Of a DNA stretch of 64,000 nucleotides, positions 54,458-64,000 are shown piece after piece. The number at the start of each line of letters is the position of its first letter. Position 1 is the first letter of the stretch. Under the pieces are notes generated by a model. That model worked only from the letters and a program-made list of their open reading frames with translations, made no database searches and was not told the DNA's origin. Origin of the DNA: Octopus sinensis (lineage: Eukaryota); contig NC_043006.1 of the NCBI RefSeq assembly GCF_006345805.1, forward strand, positions 74,648,001-74,712,000. Direction: 5' to 3'. Both the position numbers and the translations under genes were made by a program.

Positions 54458-54462
<5 letters not shown>
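53971..54462 (-). mobile_element. Hammerhead-bearing element D, copy 2, flanked by (TA)n
   Basis: Homologous to 12032-12270; (TA)n on both sides. Confidence 0.75.
54121..54209 (-). ncRNA. Type I hammerhead ribozyme
   Basis: Stem I UUUAG/CUAAA; CUGAUGA (54204-54198); stem II AUACUGG/UUAGUAU; GAAAC-AAUU-GUA; predicted cleavage between 54126 and 54125. Confidence 0.88.
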
Positions 54463-54496
<34 letters not shown>

Positions 54497-54499
<3 letters not shown>

Positions 54500-55592
54500 C
54501 TGTCTTCTGTTCTCACGTGACAGCTAGCCCCGTTGAGCGCTCTTTTCGTTTTCAGCAGCCGCAGAAGCAACACGTATTTGTTCGTCTCCCCGTGGCCATT
54601 AGGCACAACTTCACAAGCCAGCCCCATACTCAACTCGTCCTGTCGAAAGACCCTTGTCCCACGTCCTGGTTTTGTTTTGTTGTTTATTTTTTATTTTTTA
54701 TTTTTACCGTTATTGTTTTTACGTTTTTGTATTCTTATTGGTGTCACGTATTCTGTATTTTTGTTATGTACTTCGTTCGTTTTCCGTCCTCGCGTTGTAT
54801 ACATTCGAAGCTTTCTTCCAGGGGATCTAATGCGCTTGGCTTAGATTTCCCTTGGCTGGCTGGCCATATCGGAGCAATCTCAAGATTAATCAGCCGAAAT
54901 TGCTAAGATGATCTGGTTCTTGACTGATGACTGAGGGCTTCGAATGTCCCGTCCTGTGGTTCTTGTGTCGTCTTTGTGGTGTTTCATGTTCTTGTCCATG
55001 TCTGTAATTATTTTTACTGTTTACCTATATATATATATATATATTATATATATATATATATATATCTCCTGTCTTCTGTTCTCACGTGACAGCTAGCCCC
55101 GTTGAGCGCTCTTTTCGTTTTCAGCAGCCGCAGAAGCAACACGTATTTGTTCGTCTCCCCGTGGCCATTAGGCACAACTTCACAAGCCAGCCCCATACTC
55201 AACTCGTCCTGTCGAAAGACCCTTGTCCCACGTCCTGGTTTTGTTTTGTTGTTTATTTTTTATTTTTTATTTTTACCGTTATTGTTTTTACGTTTTTGTA
55301 TTCTTATTGGTGTCACGTATTCTGTATTTTTGTTATGTACTTCGTTCGTTTTCCGTCCTCGCGTTGTATACATTCGAAGCTTTCTTCCAGGGGATCTAAT
55401 GCGCTTGGCTTAGATTTCCCTTGGCTGGCTGGCCATATCGGAGCAATCTCAAGATTAATCAGCCGAAATTGCTAAGATGATCTGGTTCTTGACTGATGAC
55501 TGAGGGCTTCGAATGTCCCGTCCTGTGGTTCTTGTGTCGTCTTTGTGGTGTTTCATGTTCTTGTCCATGTCTGTAATTATTTTTACTGTTTA

Positions 55593-55595
<3 letters not shown>
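54497..55595. repeat. Two apparently identical ~530-bp units, 569-bp period, separated by (TA)n
   Basis: The ORF track gives identical peptides at 54517 and 55086. Confidence 0.95.
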
Positions 55596-55644
<49 letters not shown>

Positions 55645-55645
55645 C

Positions 55646-55945
55646 ATAATTAAAGGTTTAGCAACAAGTTGCTTCACCACATACCGAAAATTTAGAAATA
55701 GCAGCCAAAGACAGCTGATTCTTTTAATTACAAATATGACTCCACAGATATGGAGAATTAGGTATCTTTGGCTGCTATTTCTAAATATGTGGTGAAGCAA
55801 CTTGTTGCTAAACCCTTAATTATATTTATAATTATATAAAAAAAACCTTTTTGTATAAGTTTTACCGATAATGGTTTTTTCCATACCGAAACTATTTGGT
55901 AAAATTTATTAATTATTAAATTAATTATTCTTTACCCTATATCTG
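55646..55945 (+). mobile_element. Palindrome+tail element in microsatellite, family P4
   Basis: Arms about 55646-55711 and 55764-55823 with a ~55-bp spacer; AT-rich tail to about 55945. Confidence 0.7.
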
Positions 55946-55960
55946 TATATGTGTGTGTGT

Positions 55961-56020
<60 letters not shown>

Positions 56021-56594
56021 GTGCGTGTGTGTGTGTGTGTGTGTGTTTGTGTGTCTGTGTTTGTCCCCCCAACATCGCTTGAAAACCGATGCTGGTGTGT
56101 TTACGCACCCGTAAATTTAGCGGTTCGGCAAAAGAGACCGATAGAATAAGTACTAGGCTTACAAAGAATAAGTCCTGGAGTCGATTTGCTCGACTAAAGG
56201 CGGTGCTCCAGCATGGCCGCAGTCAAATGACTGAAACAAGTAAGAGAGTAAAGAGTAAGTACGTATACGGATTTTTCTGGGGTAATTCTTGAAGCCACTG
56301 TAACGTCCCAGTCACACAGCGCTTTATCTCCTCGCAACAGCTTTATCACATTTCCTTTCCCTATTATTCATTGAATGCATTCTTATCATTCTTTTTCTGG
56401 GTCTCCTTCCCTGCCATATTGTTTTCCTATTAATATCAAACTGAGCACCATCAATCTGAAATATTTTATTTGTTTGGGTCTTCCACAGCAGCCGTGACGA
56501 GGTACCGCCTTTGAAGGCTTTATTCGAACGTAGTGATCCCAGTATTCAAGTCTGGCAGTTATTCTATTCGGTTTTCTTGCCGAACCACTCACGT

Positions 56595-56942
56595 ACTTAC
56601 TTACTTGTACTTGTGACGGCGTTCACACAGGATGGGTTGAGCCGGCTTCTTCTCTCATAAAAGTTTCGTGGGAATATTGAATACACAAGCGGTCCCCGAC
56701 ATCCCGCATGCATATCCCGAGTGACGGGACGCCCTGTTTGCTGCGGAGTCTCCACAGACACAGGGACAGAACGACCTCGAAGCCGCCGGTTGCCGAACAG
56801 ACGCCTATTGGAATTTCCCCCGTTGGCCCAGGCTGCGGCCCTAATCCGCCTTGGGTGGCCCTACCAGTTCCCAACAGCATAGCTCTGACACTGCCCGTTT
56901 ACACCACCCTACCGCTTTGAGGAGGGGTTGGACTTTAGGGTA
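56595..56942 (-). mobile_element. LINE-like 3' end with (AAGT)n tail inserted in a SINE C
   Basis: 13-bp TSD gaaccact(c/g)acgt at 56582-56594 and 56943-56955; SINE C halves at about 56490-56594 and 56943-57128. Confidence 0.75.
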
Positions 56943-57468
56943 GAACCACTGACGTCCAGAGACGTAAACAAACAAACCAATATCGGTGGTCAAGCGATGG
57001 GGGAGGGATAAAGACAAACATTCACTGACACACACACACACACACATATATACACACATACACTCACACACATACACACCCATACGGGCTTCCACACAGT
57101 TTTCGTTTACCAAATTCACTCACAAGGGCTACTCCAGATATGGAGTATGAACAACATTCGTAAGCTAATGTAATATGTTAAACAACTCTTAACTCATTAG
57201 ACTGCTAAATAAGCAAGCAAGCAGTGTCAGTACCAGATAAGCCATTCGCCTGTTTTATTATAAGCGTATTATAAACACACACACACATACATACATTTTC
57301 GACCTGGGGCTTTAGTGGAAGACACTTTCCCAAAGTGGTGCACAGAGGAGATGAACGCGAAACCACGTGGTTTCAATGTGAACTTTTTAAACCAGACAGC
57401 CATGCCTGGTCTAAACGATTTTAAATTGTTTTGTTCATTGACTGTGTGTTGCGCCTGTGTCAAATACT

Positions 57469-57842
57469 GGCACTCCGTCGGTTACGACGACGAGCGTCGA
57501 AGTAGTTCCGATTGACAGAACAGACAGCTCGTGAAATTAACGTGCATGTGGCTGAGCACTCCACAGACGCGCGTAACCTTAACATAATTGTCAAGGAGAT
57601 TCGGTGCAACAAAGAATGTGACAAAGAGTCACACCGTGTGGCAACGGGTCTCATTCTGTGACAAAAGGTCACAGAAGGTGACCCTTTGAATTACAGGTAC
57701 CAATCATGTTTACTAGCTGAGTGAACTGGAGCAACGTGAAATAAAATCTCTTACTCAAGAACACAAGTCACCACCGGAAATCGAACTCTCTTCCTTACAA
57801 TTGTGAGTTCAATACCCAACGCATTAAGCCATGTGCCTTCAC
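57469..57842 (-). mobile_element. Old SINE with head E and family B tail (T1)
   Basis: Core ttcttgagtaag...ccagttcactcagct joined to ...cgtcgtaaccgacggagtgcca. Confidence 0.75.
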
Positions 57843-58257
57843 TGTCAAATACACTAACTCCGTAGAAGGCCAACTGTAAATAGTTCCATAGAGTAGCCGC
57901 CAACTATAAACAATAAAAACAACTTTATAATTAATGAGTATTTTGATTAAAGCATTCAAATGAGATTATGAATTTTTAACCACGTCAGTTTTGCTCTCGC
58001 CCAGAAATACTGAAATATGCAGAATTAACGGGAGACAAATAAAGAATGATGGCAAATAGCAAGCAACGGCAGTATACGAGCAATAAGCCATAAAGTATAA
58101 ATCATATAGTTAGCATCTTCTATTTTACACACCTATTCAAGCGTACCTTGGCAAATAGTAACGCTACGAATATTTAATGTGCTGGAAATTCGAATTATAA
58201 TAGTCAGCTATTGTACGATGAGAATTAAATGAATTGAAGTAATTTCAATGTTAATTC

Positions 58258-58299
<42 letters not shown>

Positions 58300-58440
58300 C
58301 ATTATCATCATCATCATCATTATTAATATTATCAATAATAATAATAATAATAATAATTATTATTATTATTATTATTATTATTATTGTTGTTGTTATTATT
58401 ATTATTAATAATAATAATAATAATAGCGACAACAATAATA

Positions 58441-59003
58441 AATGCCCTGATGCAGTACCAGGCAGTGGCTCCCATGGCTTCTGTTCTAGACTAATTGGAA
58501 GTGTTATCATGTACATTGTTTTGTCTTGGTATAAAAGATGGGCTACAGCAAATATTCTGCTCAATACCACATATTTGCTTGTCAGTTGTTTGACCTTAAC
58601 CAGTTGAGCATGTCCTCGAGCGGCTGAAAATTTGTGCATCTCTAATCACGAGCAGACTTAGTGGGGGAGCATCATAACCAAGTATTGAAAATAATTTTTT
58701 GGTGTTTGAATAATTCACTTCTGGAAACAGTGATGTTTCGTTCAGCATCTTTAAACAACCCTTATTCAGAAACCTTTTGAGCTGGATGGGCTATTCGACC
58801 TGAAGAAAATTCAAACTGGGCCCCACCTGCATGTGTTGTTATGTGTTGTTTATCATGATCTGAGATCACTATGTCGCGCACATTTGGTTTTGACGCATGT
58901 GCTTGGTGTACCCTTATCAAGCGGGTAGTCGTGATGGGTACACTGGTCTTCGTATATTTTATCCCAGTGTCACTTCGATGGCATGCGCTGCTCTCTCACT
59001 CAG
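58441..59003 (+). mobile_element. Unclassified repeat family F flanked by (TAA)n
   Basis: Homologous to 14551-15005 in the opposite orientation. Confidence 0.75.
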
Positions 59004-59234
59004 TAATAATAATAATAACAACAATAATAATAATAACAAGAGCACTTAGAGAGTGCAAACTTCCGCCAAGCACAGCAACGTCCACTCAACGATTAGCCAG
59101 AGATGATTTTTAAAATGAGAATATCTGAAATAAACTCGACTGCTCTGGGAAACTGGGACTGACATGAGAGTAGAACGTGCTCAGAAAACTGATTTATTGG
59201 GTACAGAGAGAATATTGAGACTGGTACTTGGGTG

Positions 59235-59590
59235 TTAATGCTTAGCGGTATTTCGTCTGTCTTTACGTTCTGAGTTCAAATTCTACCGAGGTCGACTTTG
59301 CCTTTCATCCTTTCGGAGTCGATTAAATAAGTTATGCACTGGGATCGATATAATCGACTTAATCCGTTTGTCTGTCTTTGTGTGTCCCCTCTGTGTTTAG
59401 CCCCTTGTGGGTAGTAAAGAAATAAGTATTTCGTCTGTCTTTACGTTCTGAGTTCTGGCTCCGCCGTGGTCGACTTTGCCTTTCATCCTTTCGGGACTTA
59501 TAAGCTAAGTACTAGTTGTGTTCTGGGGTCGATCTAATCGACTGGCCCCCTCCTCCAAAGTTTCAGGCATTGTGCCTAGAGTAGAAAAGA
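59235..59590 (+). mobile_element. SINE A dimer with both tail types
   Basis: Junction aaagaaataa|gtatttcgtc; second unit ends agtagaaaagaat. Confidence 0.88.
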
Positions 59591-60278
59591 ATAATTATCA
59601 GAATAACACTAATCACACACACACTAGGACATTTAAACACTTAACAGTGTACATAGGTAGATAAAGCTTTACAAATTGTTTAGAGTTAGTATGAATAGCA
59701 GCCAAATCGCTATGAAATCATTCATAACCTCCTTAAAAAGTTAAGGATACGTATGTTTTCACTATCATGCAGCTGTGGATATATTAAACCTAAACAAAAT
59801 ACTACGACTCCAACACTTTTGATCACCGGTTTACTGCTAGTTGATCTGGCGCTGAGAAGCCAGAACAACATATAAATAAATATTTGTAATATACGAGAAT
59901 GTTGCCGATTGAGTACACGCGCTTCTTGTACAAAATTCACCTTTGTTGCAGGACGAATAAAAACCGAATAAAATATTGATGGAAGTCGATTCTATCGCTT
60001 GCATACCTCCTATAAATTTAATTATATTTCCTAGTGAAACTGTAGCTCTCTTAAATTATTATTTTTTTTAACATTCTTTAGTACCGAGGTTTCCATCATC
60101 TGAACTTCTCTCTCTCTTTCCCTTTCTCTCTGTGCAAGAACGCTGTAAAATTTTCGACTAAGAGAAATGTGATCACACTTTCCAAAATTCTCATCCCACA
60201 CGAACACTTAAAACGTCCTTGCATATTTCCATTTCAATATCTCTCTTTATCTCTATATACTCATCTCTCTTGCTCCCA

Positions 60279-60345
<67 letters not shown>

Positions 60346-60568
60346 GCCTGTCTATCACTTCATCTTTCTGTATCTCTGTATATTTCTATCAGACTAACAC
60401 TTTTTTTTATCCATTATCAAATTTCTCACTTTTCTTCGTATATCAAATTGACGTCGGATCTCTTTCATAAATCAACACTTTTACTTACCCCACTCTCTCT
60501 CTCTCTCTGTCTTTTCGATCTTATTCGTATGTATGTGCAAATGTATTATATATTCATTATACTTACAT

Positions 60569-60831
60569 TCGGGGAGGCGCGTGGCTTAGTGGATAGGGTG
60601 TCAGCATCATGATCTTAAGATTGTGGTTTTGATTCCTGGACCGGGCGACGGGTTGTGTTCTTGAGCAAAACACTTCATTTCACGTTGCTCCAGTCCACTC
60701 AGCTGGCAAAAATGAATAACGCTGCGATGGTCTGGCGTCCCGTCCAGTAGGGGAACACATACGCCATAGAAACGGGGAAACCGGGCCCATGATCCTGGCT
60801 AGGCTTTAAAAGGGCGGATTTATTTATTATT
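60569..60831 (+). mobile_element. SINE with head E and tail T2, 12-bp TSD
   Basis: TSD ttatacttacat at 60557-60568 and 60832-60843. Confidence 0.88.
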
Positions 60832-60863
60832 TTATACTTACATACATACATATATATATACAT

Positions 60864-60906
<43 letters not shown>

Positions 60907-60919
<13 letters not shown>

Positions 60920-61337
60920 GTAGAGACAAAACCACTATTTTGTAAATCAAACAAGGAAAGACTTAATCAATACATAAAAAAATTTTAATATAAAGTAAAT
61001 AAATCGCCACTACAATTGTTTCCTGTCTTCAAATGACATTCATCAGGTGGATTTCATATCTTCCATTCAATTTAAAGTTATGAAGTCATAACTTTAAATT
61101 GAATGGAAGATATGAAATCCACCTGATGAATGTCATTTGAAGACAGGAAACAATTGTAGTGGCGATTTATTTACTTTATATTAAAATTTTTTTATGTATT
61201 GATTAAGTCTTTCCTTGTTTGATTTACAAAATAGTGGTTTTGTCTCTACTTAATATTATATAATATTTTACTATAAAATTGGATTCAATCCTAAACCTGA
61301 TTTTTCCCTGTAAATTTGGATTTATTTCCTAATATTT

Positions 61338-61341
<4 letters not shown>
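60907..61341 (+). mobile_element. Palindrome+tail element in (TA)n, family P1, long form
   Basis: 177-bp arms 60907-61083 and 61086-61262, 2-nt loop, unique tail 61263-61341. Confidence 0.9.
61115..61168 (+). ncRNA. Type I hammerhead motif (mirror copy on the minus strand at 61001-61054)
   Basis: Stem I AAAU-CCAC/GUGG-cg-AUUU; CUGAUGA; stem II UGUC/GACA with a non-canonical A.G first pair; GAAAC-AAUU-GUA; predicted cleavage after 61158. Confidence 0.8.
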
Positions 61342-61381
<40 letters not shown>

Positions 61382-61549
61382 CCCCTTCTCTTTCTCTCTT
61401 TCTTACTCTCTCTCTCCTCTTATTCTCTTTCTTCGTTGCTTTTTTTTCTTGTAATCTCTCTTTCGATATGTTGGCATTTCGATATCTTTTACCTTTCATT
61501 GAGATTTTCTATAGACCAATTTTCTTTCGCCACTTTAAAGATGTTGAAG

Positions 61550-62440
61550 TAGTCTTTCCCCACCACCGTCACTACCACTCCCACGACTACCGTCGCCGCT
61601 GCTCCCACCACCATTACCGTCACCAGAATCTGTCATCATCACCACCATCAACACTACCACCAACGCAACTAAGACACCCCTACAATCCCCACCTCTACTT
61701 TCATTATCACCACCAACACTATCACCAGCACACCACCCAAAATTATTAACACTACATTGCTATAACCACAACCATTACGAACCCCACTAGCATCGTTATT
61801 AATCACCACCAACACTACTACTACCGCTACTACTATCACCAGTACCAGCATCACCACTACCACCGCCACCGCCACCACCACCGCCAATATCGCCACCTCT
61901 TTCATCACTACTACAATGATTATTAAACCATTATCACCACCATCACTACTAATACCTCTACAATCATTATCAGAACCACTACGACCACCACCATCACCAC
62001 CATTCTGACACTAACTCCTCGACCATCTCCATATTACCACCACTATCACTACTATCACACCACCACCACCAACATTCCACCGTCACTAACACCATCCTCA
62101 CCATTTCGTCACAAACACCACTACCACCACCATCGCCCCCACCATTCCGTCACCAACATTTCTACCATCACCACTACCACCACTACTACTACCACTACCA
62201 CTACTGCCACCATTACCCCCGACCATTCCGTTACCAACACCCCTACCATCACCATCACCACTACCATCGCCATCCTCACAGTAACCATCATTATCACTAC
62301 CACCATCACTACCACTATCAGTACACACACCATTCTGTCACTAACACCAGCATCATCATCATCATCGTCGTCGTCGTCATCATCATCATCATCACTACGA
62401 CGACCACCACCATCACCCATACCACCACATACATATATCA
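61550..62440. repeat. Degenerate (CAC/CAT/CTA)n low-complexity array
   Basis: Read directly from the sequence. Confidence 0.9.
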
Positions 62441-63016
62441 CCTGTGCCGTGTCTGCAGCCGTTTTTAACCTTTAGTCCATTTGCTGTCAGTCATATGTCT
62501 CTGAAAAGACATAACTGTACATTTCAAATGAACATTCGACCTGTCCAAAGTGGACATTTGCCAAATATATCAGTTTTATTACTCTACGGTTTATAACAGA
62601 GAACTTCAGATGATTATATTTGAGTTTGTATGAGTATGTGTGTGTGTGTTTATATTTGTGTATACATTTCCTGAGAGGAGAACATGTGTGTATATATGTA
62701 TGTGTGTCTGTATGTGCGTGTCTGTATGATACCCGATCGAAGATATACATTTAAATACACTTGTATATACATTTATAAACATAGACACATTCATTCATAC
62801 ATAAAGATAGTTATTCATATGTATGGCTATTAATTATATAAAACACACATACATAAATCTTGTGAATGAAGTGAAGCGCATACGAGATATATACGATAAG
62901 CATGTATATATGCGAGTGTATGTGTATATATATGGAAGTATGTACATATGCATATACGTGTGTATATATATATATATACATGTGTGTTGTTTATATTATA
63001 TATATATATATATTAT

Positions 63017-63060
<44 letters not shown>

Positions 63061-63082
63061 TATATACATACATACATACATA

Positions 63083-63181
63083 GGCGTAGGAGTGGCTATA
63101 CGGTATGTAGCTTGCTTACGAACCACATTGTGAGTGGATTTGGTAGACGGAAACTGAAAGAAGCCCGCCGTATATATGTAT

Positions 63182-63232
<51 letters not shown>

Positions 63233-63470
63233 GGGGTGTATGTGTGTGCGTGTATATGTTTGTGTGTCTGTGTTTGTCCACCCAAATATTGCTTAACAGC
63301 CGATGCTGGTGTGTTTATGTCCCCATAACTTAGCGGCTCGGCAAAAGAGACCGATAGAATAAGTACTAGGCTTACGAAGAATAAGTCCTGGGGTCGATTT
63401 GCTCGACTAAAGGCGGTGCTCCAGCATGGTCACAGTCACATGATTGACACAAGTAAAAGAGTAAAAGAGT
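63083..63470 (+). mobile_element. SINE C
   Basis: Complete, with internal (TA)n/(TG)n and a deletion in the head. Confidence 0.9.
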
Positions 63471-63746
63471 ATATATATACATATATATACATGCATATAT
63501 AGTCTTATATTTAAATATGTGTGAGTCTGAACGTGTATGTGTGAGTGTATAATAAATATATGCATCAACTTGAAATAGCCGAATATTTGTATACGTTCGT
63601 TAACTTATCAAAACTATGTATTTCAAATGGTCCCTTATTTGTATAATAATATATTCATAGCCGACAACAAAGGGCAGCTCTGAATCATATAGTCCGCCTA
63701 TAGAATACTGATTTGCTTTGTTTTGTTGTTTTTTCTATGTTTTTTC

Positions 63747-63816
<70 letters not shown>

Positions 63817-64000
63817 ATGTATGTATGTATGTATGTATGTATGTATGTATGTATGATGTATATATGTATGCATAAATATTGTGTGGTGTAGGGTGATATT
63901 AAGTTTGGCTCATGGCATATTCATTTAATAACACTTTTGTGTTTGATGATTTTTTTTCCACCAGATTAGTTTGTCTGTTGAATATAATACAAGCATCTCT

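Larger units (their letters stand above)
53813..56257 (+). mobile_element. SINE C split by about 2 kb of insertions (5' half 53813-53950, 3' half 56045-56257)
   Basis: Halves are co-oriented and complementary parts of family C; the inserts lie within its internal microsatellite. Confidence 0.7.

Noticed and set aside
54920-54960. CUGAUGA in the 569-bp doublet, suggesting a retrozyme
   Set aside because: It is followed by GAAU rather than GAAA, and no stem III/UH site exists on either strand.
54517-55475. 129-aa and 103-aa ORFs repeated twice
   Set aside because: They are overlapping frames through T-rich low-complexity sequence, typical of non-coding repeats.

Overview
AT-rich, microsatellite-dense metazoan non-coding DNA. 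The repeat families look like those I recall from Octopus, which is an inference and was not searched. No host gene can be called with confidence; there are only a few isolated exon-like segments. The window is a nested transposon landscape: several tRNA-type SINE families (many with target-site duplications, TSDs), decayed LINEs (R4/Dong-like, RTE-like, L1/Tx1-like, CR1-like), maT and mariner relics, hAT- and Tc1-type MITEs, and a solo LTR. The most notable signal is a set of short elements inserted in (TA)n tracts. Two related copies (12.2 kb, 54.1 kb) carry intact type I hammerhead ribozymes with compensatory stem changes. Five others, from four sequence families, have a 'long palindrome + unique tail' architecture, and three of these contain hammerhead cores or relics, as expected for Penelope-like termini. 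A second clear signal is that the commonest SINE's 3' tail matches the 3' end of a Tx1-like LINE in the same window (31/37 nt).
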